Below are positions 27,864 to 37,493 of a stretch of DNA of 64,000 nt, piece by piece; the stretch's first letter is position 1, and every line of letters starts with the position of its first letter. The notes under the pieces are model-generated. The model was given only the letters and a program-made list of their open reading frames with translations, was not told the origin of the DNA and did no database searches. The position numbers and the translations under genes were made by a program. Source of the DNA: Candidatus Bathyarchaeia archaeon (GTDB lineage Archaea > Thermoproteota > Bathyarchaeia > Bathyarchaeales > Bathycorpusculaceae); assembly GCA_050010755.1 (NCBI GenBank), contig JBEKKK010000001.1, forward strand, positions 128,001-192,000. Reading direction: 5' to 3'.

Positions 27864-28223
27864 TTGGGTCAGCATAGAACTTCTTTGGAGATTTTGGCGG
27901 AAATTCTTAGGATAGTCAGGGGTGGTGCCAGAAAGACCAGAATCATGTACCAGGCTAATCTGAGCTTTAGCATGTTGAAGAAGTACTTGGATTACGCGCA
28001 GGAGACTGAATTGGTGGTCTGTCCGGAAAACGGCAGTTGCTATTTTGCCACGCCGAAGGGTCATGAATTTCTGGAGAAGTATGAGAAGTATCTGTTGCGC
28101 AGTAGGCAAGTGGAGGATCAGCTGGAGACCATGGCCAAGGAAAGAGCGATGCTTGAAGAGGGCTACACGAGAAGGCAGAGACGTAAGGATCCATCAGCAG
28201 TTCAGTCTGCATCAGGGCAATAA
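27864..28223 (+). CDS. Winged-helix transcriptional regulator (HTH_45/ArnR1-like)
   Basis: RTSLEILAEIL..GARKTRIMYQANLS...YL...Y.ATPKG. TTG start after GGGGTGA SD. Confidence 0.87.
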   Translation: MGQHRTSLEILAEILRIVRGGARKTRIMYQANLSFSMLKKYLDYAQETELVVCPENGSCYFATPKGHEFLEKYEKYLLRSRQVEDQLETMAKERAMLEEGYTRRQRRKDPSAVQSASGQ

Positions 28224-28283
28224 TGCGTTCACAAAGCGAGGTTTTTGAAAACAATTGAAGCGTACGCTGGAGGTTGGGGACGG

Positions 28284-28745
28284 TTGAAGAAACTCTTTGT
28301 TCTTTTAGTTCTCTTTGTTCTCTTGTTGTCCTGTTTGTGTGTTCAGTGTAGAGCTGCGAGTGAGACGGATGCGCAATCGGCTGTTAGTGAGGCTTCGCAG
28401 AGGATTGTTACCTGTTACGGGGAGGTTGCAAACGCGAGCAGTGCAGGGGCGAACGTGTCTGCCCTGCTGCAGGTTTTGAACACTGCTGGTGACCTGTTGT
28501 CTAGGGCTCAGTTGGCTCTTGCCGATGGAGATTTCAATTCGTCATCAGCCCTCGCATTGCAGAGTCAGCAGGCGCTGGTGGGGTTTGATGCTCAGTCTGA
28601 GTCGTTGAGGAGTGCGGCTCTGCACAGTGGTTTCGTGGATTTTTGGGTTGACGTTGTGGGTTCTTCGGTGGGCGCGGTGGCTGTTTTAGTTTTAGGCTTT
28701 TTCGTTTGGCGATTCCTGAGCAAGAAGTATCCGGGGGTCACATGA
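28284..28745 (+). CDS. Secreted helical protein with C-terminal membrane anchor
   Basis: Signal peptide, Ala/Ser-rich helices, C-terminal TM followed by basic residues. ATGA overlap with the next gene. Confidence 0.7.
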   Translation: MKKLFVLLVLFVLLLSCLCVQCRAASETDAQSAVSEASQRIVTCYGEVANASSAGANVSALLQVLNTAGDLLSRAQLALADGDFNSSSALALQSQQALVGFDAQSESLRSAALHSGFVDFWVDVVGSSVGAVAVLVLGFFVWRFLSKKYPGVT

Positions 28746-29359
28746 TGAGCATAGGAAAATACGGGGTCACCTTTCTTATTGTCGTCGTTATCCTGGCTCT
28801 GCTGGTGGCTTCGCCGGCCCTGAGCAAGGCTCTTGTTTATCCTCGGACGGATTTTTTCAGTGAGATGTGGCTTTTGGGTTCGAATCATACGGCTGAGGAT
28901 TATCCGTTCAACTTGAGTAGTGGCCAGAGCTATGATATCTATTTGGGTCTTGGGGACCAGTTGGGTTATTGTGCGTATTATCAGGTTGAGGTTAAGTTTC
29001 GGAATGAGAGTCAGTCGATGCCGAGCAGTCTTGGGCCGGTTGAGGATAGGGTTCCGAGTGACTTGCCATCGTTGTATAATGTGAGCGCGTTTGTAGCGGA
29101 TCAGGGCAGTTGGGAGTTGCCGGTTTCGTTTGGTTTCAACTACGTCTATGATGCGAATGCGAGTGCAGTTAGGTTTGAGAGTTTGACGTTTAATGGTAAC
29201 CTGTTGAGTTTAGCTGGGGAAAGCACGGTTTGGAATAGCACGATGAGCAGGTTTTATGGTGATTTAGTTTTTGAATTATGGTTGTACAATAGTTCGTCGA
29301 GCAGCTTCGTTTATCATGACAGGTTTGTGGATTTGAAGCTGAATATGACTGTGACGTAG
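28742..29359 (+). CDS. DUF1616 domain protein
   Basis: N-terminal TM, FSEMWLLG...AEDYPFNL, Y.V.VK, L.FELWLY motifs typical of DUF1616. Confidence 0.8.
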   Translation: MMSIGKYGVTFLIVVVILALLVASPALSKALVYPRTDFFSEMWLLGSNHTAEDYPFNLSSGQSYDIYLGLGDQLGYCAYYQVEVKFRNESQSMPSSLGPVEDRVPSDLPSLYNVSAFVADQGSWELPVSFGFNYVYDANASAVRFESLTFNGNLLSLAGESTVWNSTMSRFYGDLVFELWLYNSSSSSFVYHDRFVDLKLNMTVT

Positions 29360-29368
29360 GGTTCTCGG

Positions 29369-30142
29369 ATGGGTCAATATTACGTGAGGCCGTATAGAGA
29401 CGGTGATGAAGAGGAGGCTGCAAGGCTCTTCAACCAAAGATATCTTGCCTACGGTGGGTTTGTTCCAAGAACTGGTGAGTATTGGTTGTGGTCCTGTCTG
29501 CATAGGCCTGATGTGAGTAGGGAGGGGGTTTTCTTTGTGTCTGAGGAGGGGGCTCAGAATGTTTGTGGGTATGCTGTTGTTGGAACGACTGGGGAGATTT
29601 GGGAGTTTTGTGCGGGTTGTGATGAAGAGGTTGTTTCCTCGGTGCTTTTGAAGGAAATCGCGAGATACGTTGACGGTTTGGGAATCTCTTCTATGAACAT
29701 AAACGTTCCCGATGATGAGGTTCTGTGCAGGGTTCTTGTTCGAGAAGGGTTTTCGAGAGTTCCGGCTGAGAGAATGTTTGTGAGTACGATGAGCGTCGTC
29801 AATTTGCTTTCAAAATTGGTTGTGGATAGAAAACTTGACAGTGAAGAGGTTAATTTCGTGTTTGACCACGTTCCGTTTGGCGTTGAAAGAATTGTTTCAG
29901 TGAAAGTTCATGATGGCGCTGTGTCGGTTGCTGAGGGTTTGTCAAAGTCTGCGGATGTCACGGTCAGAGTTGAATTCGCTTCTTTCTTGTCAATTCTGTT
30001 CGGAACTGCTGGCATGCGTCGAGAGTTGATTAGAAGAAGGATGCGGGTTAAGCCCTTCTGGAAGATTTCGGAAGCGACGGGTTTTCTTCGCAAGGTGCGT
30101 CTTCAGAACGTTTGGTATTGGCCCTTGAGCGATTTTGGTTGA
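29369..30142 (+). CDS. GNAT acyltransferase with C-terminal SCP2-like domain (Eis-like fragment)
   Basis: VRPYRDGDEE, PRTGEYWLW...RPD, GYAVV, C-terminal V.DG.V.V...ADVTV......L SCP2-like pattern. Confidence 0.68.
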   Translation: MGQYYVRPYRDGDEEEAARLFNQRYLAYGGFVPRTGEYWLWSCLHRPDVSREGVFFVSEEGAQNVCGYAVVGTTGEIWEFCAGCDEEVVSSVLLKEIARYVDGLGISSMNINVPDDEVLCRVLVREGFSRVPAERMFVSTMSVVNLLSKLVVDRKLDSEEVNFVFDHVPFGVERIVSVKVHDGAVSVAEGLSKSADVTVRVEFASFLSILFGTAGMRRELIRRRMRVKPFWKISEATGFLRKVRLQNVWYWPLSDFG

Positions 30143-30154
30143 GGATGCAGGAGA

Positions 30155-30979
30155 ATGAGTGAACCGTATTCTTGCCGTCCCTTTCGTAATGGCGACGAAG
30201 AGCAAGTTCAGGAACTTATGAAGACTATCTTCAGTAGGTTCATGGGTGGGGATTATTGGAGTTGGAAGTATCCGCTTAATCCTGGGTTCGATCCGTCTTT
30301 GGTGGTGGTTGCGGAAAAAGATGGCAGAATAATTGGGTGCAATCACTGGTTGCGGAGGAGGCTCAAGATCGATAGTGCTCGTGAAGTTGGTGCTGGTTTG
30401 GGTGCGGACGTTGCGGTGGCTCCTGACTTTAGGAGTATGGGGGTTGGTAAGGCGTTGTTGAAGTTTGTCAGGACGGCGAATCCTTCTAAGAGGTTTGAGG
30501 TGATGTACATTTTTGCTGACCCGGAGTTGGCAAAGCGTTTTCATTCACCAGTAGCGGGTTATGTTCCTGCGCCCGATCGGACGGTTGCCTTTACGAAGAT
30601 TTTGAGCTGGGTGAAGGTCAGAGAGAGCGTTTCTTCTTTCAACAAGAAGATTTCCGAAGGTTCTGGGAAAGAATCTCTCGGGGGCGGTGTTAGTGTTCTT
30701 TTCAGGGTTGCTTCTGCTCCTCCGCTCTTTCTGGGTATTAGAAAGGGAGGCGTGGACGTTTATGAGAAGGAAGCGGCGCTGGAGCGGCGAGCGGACGTTA
30801 CGATTATCGGCGACGCGACGACTTTGAGCAGTCTTAAGGAAGGGGGAAGTGGCATGTGGCCGATGGTGAAGGCTTTGTTGGCGGGGAGGCTCAAGTTGAG
30901 GGGTAAGCCTTGGAAGTTGTGGTCTGTTTATAGGAATTTTTGGGTTTTTAGAGAGGTTTTCGGTGGGAAAATTACGTAG
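30155..30979 (+). CDS. GNAT acyltransferase with C-terminal SCP2-like domain (Eis-like)
   Basis: VVAEKDGRIIG, DVAVAPDFRSMGVGKALL acyl-CoA motif, ADVTIIGD...KALLAGRLKLRG SCP2-like end. Confidence 0.78.
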   Translation: MSEPYSCRPFRNGDEEQVQELMKTIFSRFMGGDYWSWKYPLNPGFDPSLVVVAEKDGRIIGCNHWLRRRLKIDSAREVGAGLGADVAVAPDFRSMGVGKALLKFVRTANPSKRFEVMYIFADPELAKRFHSPVAGYVPAPDRTVAFTKILSWVKVRESVSSFNKKISEGSGKESLGGGVSVLFRVASAPPLFLGIRKGGVDVYEKEAALERRADVTIIGDATTLSSLKEGGSGMWPMVKALLAGRLKLRGKPWKLWSVYRNFWVFREVFGGKIT

Positions 30980-30989
30980 ATGAGGGGTT

Positions 30990-32279
30990 GTGGGTATGCG
31001 TCGGCTGTTTTGGAATAGGAAGATTCAGAAGGCTTCGGAATCTGAGCTTAGGCGGTTGCAGCTTAGGCTTCTCAGGGCACAGGTGCGTTTTGTTTATAAG
31101 AACAGTAGGTTTTACAGGAGGAAGTTCAGGGAGAGCGGAGTGGGCAATCCGCAGATTAGAAGTTTGGAGGATGTTCAGAAGTTGCCGTTCGTTAGTCGGG
31201 AGGAGCTTGAGAGGGGGTTTTGGGATGTGGTTTCGGTTCCGTTTTCTGATGTTTCGACGATTCGGATGTCGAGTGGGAGCGTTGGGTTGCCGTTGGCGAT
31301 TGCTCATACTCAGGGGGATGTTGAGGGTTTCGCTGAGGCGAGTGCTAGGAAGCTGAGTTATCATGGGGTCACGGGGAAGGATGTTGTGCAGGTCACGTCT
31401 GCTTATGGCTTGTGGCAGGGGGCCTGGTCGGTTCATTGGGGTGCTGAGAAGATTGGCGCCTGCACCATTCCCGTTGGGGCTGGGGATACGGAGAGGCAGA
31501 TTCGCATCATTAGACAGTTCAAGCCGACCGTTCTGTACGGTGTGACGAATTATCATTTGAGAATAGCCGAAGTTGCTAAGTCGATGGGCCAGTCTCTGAG
31601 GGATAGCAATCTGTGGTTGGGTGTTTGCGTGGCTGAGAGGCCGACTAAGCAGCAGGTTGAGGTTTTGAAGAGAGAGTTCGGTTATGAGAAGGTGGCGCTG
31701 GATTATGGGGCTACGGAGTTTCCGGGGTTTTCTGTTAATTGTGATTGCAGTGATTTTCATCATGTTTGGGCGGATTATTATTTGGTTGAGGTTGTGGATC
31801 CGCGGACGCATGAGCTTTGTGGGGAAGGCGAGAAGGGCGAGCTAGTCCTTACGAGCCTTCAGAGGAAAGGGTTTCCGTTGGTTAGGTATCTTTCTCGGGA
31901 TGTTACGACTTTCATGGGGTTCGGAGAGTGTGAGTGTGGGATGTCGCATCCTAGGGTTGGGACGGAGATTGACCGCGAGGATTTCATGATTAAGATTCGG
32001 GGAGTGCCGGTTTTTCCGAGTCAGATAGAGATTATTCTGGAGAGGTTTCTGGAATTGGTGGGTAATTGTCAGATAATGGTTGATAAGCGTACGCCGCAGC
32101 AGGAGGCCAGTTTGAAGGTTGAGATGCGGGAATCTCTAGGGCAGGATGATAAGAGGTCTTTGGCGTTCCAGATTGTTGAAGAAGTGAAGAACAGGGTGGG
32201 TGTGAGCTTTAATGATGTGGTTTTTGTTCCTGCGGGAACTTTTGATGTGAAGTATAAGAAATCCCTCGTAATCAGTTGA
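30990..32279 (+). CDS. Phenylacetate-CoA ligase family (PaaK-like) acyl-CoA ligase, divergent
   Basis: S.FYRRK, LPF, SSGSVG P-loop, IPVGAGDTERQI, YGATE, EVVDP, GELVLTSL....PLVRY, IRGV.VFPSQIE. Confidence 0.88.
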   Translation: MGMRRLFWNRKIQKASESELRRLQLRLLRAQVRFVYKNSRFYRRKFRESGVGNPQIRSLEDVQKLPFVSREELERGFWDVVSVPFSDVSTIRMSSGSVGLPLAIAHTQGDVEGFAEASARKLSYHGVTGKDVVQVTSAYGLWQGAWSVHWGAEKIGACTIPVGAGDTERQIRIIRQFKPTVLYGVTNYHLRIAEVAKSMGQSLRDSNLWLGVCVAERPTKQQVEVLKREFGYEKVALDYGATEFPGFSVNCDCSDFHHVWADYYLVEVVDPRTHELCGEGEKGELVLTSLQRKGFPLVRYLSRDVTTFMGFGECECGMSHPRVGTEIDREDFMIKIRGVPVFPSQIEIILERFLELVGNCQIMVDKRTPQQEASLKVEMRESLGQDDKRSLAFQIVEEVKNRVGVSFNDVVFVPAGTFDVKYKKSLVIS

Positions 32280-32325
32280 CGGTGCTTGCGTTTCTGGGGT
32301 TTCGGAGCGGGGAAGAGTTAGGAAT

Positions 32326-33603
32326 ATGTTGTTCTGTGTTTCGGTTTCTCACAAGCAGACGAGTCTTTCTATGTTGGAGTCTCTCAGTTTTCCGAGTGGG
32401 GAGGAGGCTGCGAGAGCGTTTTGTGAGCAGGGAACGTTGGCTGAGTGTGTGCTTCTTCAGACTTGTCACAGGATTGAGATTTACGGGGTGACTGCTGATT
32501 TTGCGAGGGGCGATGCTGTGGATGTGATTCTCAGGTCTTGGAGTTCTAGGGCGGGTGTGAGTTTTGATGTTTTGAGGAGGGTTTTTGAGTTGTATGATGG
32601 GCGGGAGGCGTTGGCGCATCTTTTTTCTCTTGCCGCTGGGTTGGAGTCTATGGTTGTGGGTGAGGATCAGATTCTGGGGCAGGTGCGTTCGGCTTATGTT
32701 GAGGCGAAGAGGGCGGGGAGTGCTGGTCGGATTCTTGATAAGGTTTTTATGAAGGCGGTGAACACGGGCAGGAGAGTGAGGACTGAGACGGGGATTAATG
32801 AGGGTTCGGTTTCGGTGAGTTCTGCGGCGGTTGATTTGGCTGTGAAGGAGCTTGGGGGTCTCGAGTCGGCGACGGCGCTGGTCATCGGTGCCGGAGAGGC
32901 GGGTTCTATCGCGGCGGAGACGCTTCAGAGGAGGGGTGCTAAACGGATTGTGGTTGCGAATCGAACGCGGGAGAGGGGTGAGGCTTTGGCCCTGAAGGTT
33001 TCTGGGAGGTCGATAGGTCTGGACGGTGTGTATGATGAGATTCCGAGCGTGGATCTAGTGATTTCTGCGGTGTCGGTGAAGAAGCCGATTTTGGAAGCGA
33101 GCCGTCTTAGAAGCGCGTTGGGGAAGAGTAGTAGTGGTAAGCGTTTGCTTGTTGTGGATATTTCTCAGCCGCGGGCTGTGGATGCTAAGGCTGGTTCGAT
33201 TCGTGGTCTTGTGTTGAGGAATATTGAGGATCTGAAAGGGGTTGTGGAGGATAGCATTCGGAGGAGGCGGGGTGAGGCGGAGAGGGCGAGGTTGTTGGTT
33301 GGTGAGGAGCTTGCTCGGTTTGAGCAGGAGTTGTCGTGGATTCTTGTGTTGCCTTTGGCTTCGGAGATTTATCGGAGTTTGGAGGTTGTTAGGAGGAGTG
33401 AGTTTGAGAGGGCTGTCAGGAAGATGGGTGAGTCTGATGGGCGGAAGATTTCGGTGATGGAGAGGTTTTCGAAGGAGTTGGTGGAGAGGATTATGCAGGT
33501 TCCGATGGAGCGGTTGAAGAGGGCGGCTCTTAACAATGAGGGTGAGTTGCTTTCGGCTGCGGAGAAGCTGTTCAAGAATAACCGGGGAGGCGTTGCAGAT
33601 TGA
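32326..33603 (+). CDS. hemA: Glutamyl-tRNA reductase
   Basis: TCHR.E.Y catalytic Cys motif, GLESMVVGEDQILGQV, VRTETGI, GAGEAG NADPH motif, ANRT, DISQPR. Confidence 0.95.
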   Translation: MLFCVSVSHKQTSLSMLESLSFPSGEEAARAFCEQGTLAECVLLQTCHRIEIYGVTADFARGDAVDVILRSWSSRAGVSFDVLRRVFELYDGREALAHLFSLAAGLESMVVGEDQILGQVRSAYVEAKRAGSAGRILDKVFMKAVNTGRRVRTETGINEGSVSVSSAAVDLAVKELGGLESATALVIGAGEAGSIAAETLQRRGAKRIVVANRTRERGEALALKVSGRSIGLDGVYDEIPSVDLVISAVSVKKPILEASRLRSALGKSSSGKRLLVVDISQPRAVDAKAGSIRGLVLRNIEDLKGVVEDSIRRRRGEAERARLLVGEELARFEQELSWILVLPLASEIYRSLEVVRRSEFERAVRKMGESDGRKISVMERFSKELVERIMQVPMERLKRAALNNEGELLSAAEKLFKNNRGGVAD

Positions 33604-34871
33604 CCAGGTCTGAGAGGCTTTTTGCCAGGGCGAAGAAGTTGATTCCAGGCGGTGTGAACAGTCCGGTTCGGGCTTTTTCGCCTTATCCGTTTTTCACGAA
33701 GTCTGCGAAGGGTTCGAAGCTTACGGATGTGGATGGTGTGGAGTTTGTTGATTATTGTTTGGGTTATGGGCCTTTGATTTTGGGGCATGCTGATGAGCGG
33801 GTTATGGGTGCTGTTCGGGAGCAGTTGGGTCGTGGGTCGTTGTTTGGTACGCCTTCCGAGGGGGAGGTGGAGCTTGCTGAGTTGATCTGTAAGCTTGTGC
33901 CTTCGGCTGAGATGGTTCGGCTTGTGAGCACGGGTGGGGAGGCGACGATGAGTGCGATTAGGCTTGCGAGGGGTTTTACGGGGAGGAAGAAGGTTTTGAA
34001 GTTTGAGGGTTGTTATCATGGGGCTCATGATTGTGTGTTGGTGAAGGCGGGTTCTGGCTTGTTGACGTTCGGGATGCCTGATTCTCTTGGGGTTCCTGAG
34101 GAGACGGCTGGGAACACGGTTGTGGTGCCGTTTAATGATGTTGCTGCTTTCGAGGCGATGGTGAAGAGGGAGCGCCGTGAGCTTGCGGCGGTGATTGTTG
34201 AGCCTGTTATCGGCAACATAGGCGTTGTCCTGCCTAAGGAGGGTTTTCTTGAGGCGTTGCGGGAGATTACGGAGCAGTATGGGGTTGTTCTGGTGTTTGA
34301 TGAGGTGATTACAGGCTTCAGATTAGCCCTGGGTGGGGCTCAGGAGTTTTATGGTGTTAAGCCGGATTTGACGACTCTGGGTAAGATTCTTGGGGGTGGT
34401 TTTCCCTTGGCGGCTTTCGCCGGGCGGGAGGATATCATGCGGATGATTGCGCCTTCTGGAAAAGTGTACCAAGCCGGCACTTTCAGCGGCAATCCGGTCA
34501 GCGTTGCGGCAGGCTTGGCGGTGTTGAGAACCTTGCGGGCTCGGAGGAGCTTCTATTCTATGATGGAGAAGAAATGCGAGGGGCTTGTCAAGCAGCTGAG
34601 GCAGGTTGCGAATGATGCGAGAGTGCAGGTTCAGGTTAACAGTGTCGGTTCGATGTTTCAGATGTTCCTGTCCGAGGAGCCCGTGTTCGACTATGCCAGC
34701 GCAAAGAAGAGTGACAGCAAGAGGTTCATGCAGTTTCATCATGCGCTCCTACAGCATGGAGTTTTCATTCCGCCCTCACAGTTTGAAACCTGCTTCCTAT
34801 CTGCGGCTCACAGCGATGGAGACTTGAAGATGACGATTGAGGCTTACAAGCAGGCTCTCGAGTCAATTTGA
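33600..34871 (+). CDS. hemL: Glutamate-1-semialdehyde 2,1-aminomutase
   Basis: PGGVNSPVRA, YGPLILGH, FEGCYHG, FDEVITGFR, TLGK (PLP Lys), YQAGTFSGNP, PSQFE. Confidence 0.97.
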   Translation: MTRSERLFARAKKLIPGGVNSPVRAFSPYPFFTKSAKGSKLTDVDGVEFVDYCLGYGPLILGHADERVMGAVREQLGRGSLFGTPSEGEVELAELICKLVPSAEMVRLVSTGGEATMSAIRLARGFTGRKKVLKFEGCYHGAHDCVLVKAGSGLLTFGMPDSLGVPEETAGNTVVVPFNDVAAFEAMVKRERRELAAVIVEPVIGNIGVVLPKEGFLEALREITEQYGVVLVFDEVITGFRLALGGAQEFYGVKPDLTTLGKILGGGFPLAAFAGREDIMRMIAPSGKVYQAGTFSGNPVSVAAGLAVLRTLRARRSFYSMMEKKCEGLVKQLRQVANDARVQVQVNSVGSMFQMFLSEEPVFDYASAKKSDSKRFMQFHHALLQHGVFIPPSQFETCFLSAAHSDGDLKMTIEAYKQALESI

Positions 34872-34953
34872 TTATAGCCCTGCAACGCACGCGTTGATTA
34901 TTGTGGTTCCTGTTTGAATTAGCGTTTGGTTCAGGCGTTATGGAGTTGCGATT

Positions 34954-36051
34954 ATGGGTAATCCCGAAGTTTCCGTGGTTGTTGCAACTTACAAGGGTGC
35001 AAATACGCTGAGGTATGTGTTGGAGGGTTTGAGTCAGCAGACTTTTAGGGATTTTGAGGTTGTGGCGGTTGTGAAGCCGAGTGCGGATCAAACTCTGGAG
35101 CTTCTGAGGAAGTATGCGGATCAGCTTGAAATCGAGGTTGTGACTCAGAAGAATGGGAACGTTGTGGACGCCGAACAACTTGGTTTAGAACGTGCTAAGG
35201 GAAGGATAATCGTTTTCTTTGATGATGACGCAGTTCCGAGACCGGATTGCATTGAAGAGCACGTCAAAACTTATGCAGACCAAAGGATAGGCGGTGTGGC
35301 GGGCGACCTGATTCCTTCCACTATAGCTGATGGTGTCGTGAAGGAGCTTGAGGAGGTTGAGGTGCCGCCTTCGCAGTCGGCTAGGACACGTCTTTCGGCG
35401 AGGGTCTGGGATCATCCGGTGGAGGGGCTTGAGCAATATCGCTGCTGCGTGACTAGGTGTGGTTTCATTTGGCATGGGTTTTTGTTGGCGGACAACCCAG
35501 TGGGAAACCTTGTTTATTGGAGAAAAAGGGGAATGGTAAAGTCTTTTCTGGGGCCAGGTGCCAACATGTCTGTTTTGGCCTCAGCAGGAAAAGGCACAGT
35601 GTTTGAGAAGACAGATTACTGGAGAAGAGGCTATGCGTGGGAGCAATTCTTGGCGTGGCAAGTATGGAAAAAGGGGTACTCAATGGTTCTTAATACTAAG
35701 GCGCGGGTGGAGCACATTCTTCTTGACGGGCATCTCACTGGAGGCCTTTATGCAACTAGCGTTAAGAACGCGGCGCCGGGCGAACTGGAGAAAACAGACA
35801 GCGTTGAAAAAGCGCGCGCTATTGGGTATGATCACATCAGGGAGGAGCATCTTCTCTTTTTTCGACTTTATCGCCGAGGAAGTGGGCTTTCGCTGTTTGC
35901 CAAATTCTGTTCCGTAGCAAATGATGCTTTGTATTTCTTTAAGACGGTGAGAAGTCTGCAAGAATCCAAGAATCTCAGGGTTCTGTTCGTTTCAAACTTG
36001 ATTGGTCTGAGATGGTTGTTGTCCGACGCACATGGTGCACGTCTTTCTTGA
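34954..36051 (+). CDS. Glycosyltransferase family 2
   Basis: VSVVVATY, QQTF.DFEV, FFDDDA DxD motif, GANMS. Confidence 0.85.
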   Translation: MGNPEVSVVVATYKGANTLRYVLEGLSQQTFRDFEVVAVVKPSADQTLELLRKYADQLEIEVVTQKNGNVVDAEQLGLERAKGRIIVFFDDDAVPRPDCIEEHVKTYADQRIGGVAGDLIPSTIADGVVKELEEVEVPPSQSARTRLSARVWDHPVEGLEQYRCCVTRCGFIWHGFLLADNPVGNLVYWRKRGMVKSFLGPGANMSVLASAGKGTVFEKTDYWRRGYAWEQFLAWQVWKKGYSMVLNTKARVEHILLDGHLTGGLYATSVKNAAPGELEKTDSVEKARAIGYDHIREEHLLFFRLYRRGSGLSLFAKFCSVANDALYFFKTVRSLQESKNLRVLFVSNLIGLRWLLSDAHGARLS

Positions 36052-36149
36052 AATATTGTTAGGCTGGGAATAACCTTCTAATAACGTCTTCAGGTTTTGT
36101 TGAGGTTGAAAGCACTAGCGCTCAATGCAAAATAGGTGGGTGTGACACT

Positions 36150-37370
36150 GTGAGAATTGCGTTCGTAGATGTGGACATGTCCCTGAGAACTGGGTCGAGG
36201 CGTTTTACTTGTGAGGTGGCATGTCAACTTCAGAGCATGGGGCATGAGGTCGGAATTTTCACGTCTAGGCTGGATACTCAGAGATGTTTCAGAAAGGTCC
36301 TATCTCTTCCTGTTTACGTTGCTTCGCGAAGTTCTTCTCAAGATGGGGGCGCAAGTGGTCTGGGGAGGGTTATCAGGAAGCTCGGAAAGAATGTGATAAT
36401 CAATCTCGCGAGTGAGTATAGATATGATATGGTAGAGACCGATTTCGCTTTGAAGACGAGCGAAAAGATCATGAGCATGGGATATGAAGCAGTTCTTTTT
36501 CAATACCATGGGGAGCATTGGCTTTTTCCAGTCTTCTATCACCTGAATGGAGCGAAAGGTGCCGTGTATCTTAACATGGTTCCTCCGAGGGCTGGCCGGG
36601 AGGCTTTGCCTTTTCAGAAATTGACTATGGAGCGAAGGATATTGGACAGATTGGTCAGTCTGCCTTTTGTCCATAGGTTTGAGAACGCAAGCCTCAGAAA
36701 CATCGGTCTGTTCATTGCCCCGAGCGAGTACCAGCTTCAACAGGCGACGGTGCAAGGTGTGATTGGGCAAAAGAGGGCTGCGGTTGTTCCATTAGGAGTT
36801 GATCATTCTGAGTTTTGTCCAACGGATGAAGAGGAGCCTTTTGCGCTCTATGTGGGACGGATCCATCCTCACAAGTCGCTGGAACTGGCGATGATTTCCA
36901 TGAAGAACAGGGGTTCAGACTATCCATTGGTGATTGCTGGAGATGTTGACCAAAGCAACGTCCAATATGTGGAGAGACTTCTGAGTCTGGCAGATGAATT
37001 GAAAATTTCTGACAGGTTTGAACTGATTCTGCGTCCGTCAGAAAAGCGGATTGTCAGGTTGATGCAGAGTTGTTCAGTTTTCTTGTTTCCAAGCACAATA
37101 GATACTTTTGGACTTGTGGTTCTTGAATCCATGGCTTGTGGAAAACCGGTTGTGGCCTGCAACAGAGGGGGTGTTCCAGAAATAGTCGGAGATGCGGGAT
37201 TATTGGTCGAGCCGGACGTGGCGCAGTGGAAGAGGGCCATGACAAGATTGCAGTCAGATTCTGAGTTTCGGCATGCTTTGGGACGAAAGGCATTGAAAAG
37301 ATCCGAAGCGTATTCATGGAAACATACGACTTGCCAGTTGCTTGAAGCTTTCGGCACTAACTGCGCCTAG
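36150..37370 (+). CDS. Glycosyltransferase family 4
   Basis: VPLGVD, YVGRIHPHK, FPS..DTFGLVVLESMACGKPVV, GGVPEIV. Confidence 0.92.
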   Translation: MRIAFVDVDMSLRTGSRRFTCEVACQLQSMGHEVGIFTSRLDTQRCFRKVLSLPVYVASRSSSQDGGASGLGRVIRKLGKNVIINLASEYRYDMVETDFALKTSEKIMSMGYEAVLFQYHGEHWLFPVFYHLNGAKGAVYLNMVPPRAGREALPFQKLTMERRILDRLVSLPFVHRFENASLRNIGLFIAPSEYQLQQATVQGVIGQKRAAVVPLGVDHSEFCPTDEEEPFALYVGRIHPHKSLELAMISMKNRGSDYPLVIAGDVDQSNVQYVERLLSLADELKISDRFELILRPSEKRIVRLMQSCSVFLFPSTIDTFGLVVLESMACGKPVVACNRGGVPEIVGDAGLLVEPDVAQWKRAMTRLQSDSEFRHALGRKALKRSEAYSWKHTTCQLLEAFGTNCA

Positions 37371-37493
37371 CTGATGTGTGCACACGTACATCATTGGTAT
37401 GATCATTGGGGTTTGAGCCAAAAGTTTCGCTTGTGGAAGGCTTAGTAACCCTGGCAAAATCTTGGAGCCGCACAGATTAGATCGTTAGCAAGG

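Noticed and set aside
30972-34742. Long overlapping ORFs (30972-31811 -, 30988-31356 +, 33369-34028 -, others)
   Set aside because: These are shadow frames of PaaK/hemA/hemL caused by the extreme G/T third-position bias, with no protein-like motifs.
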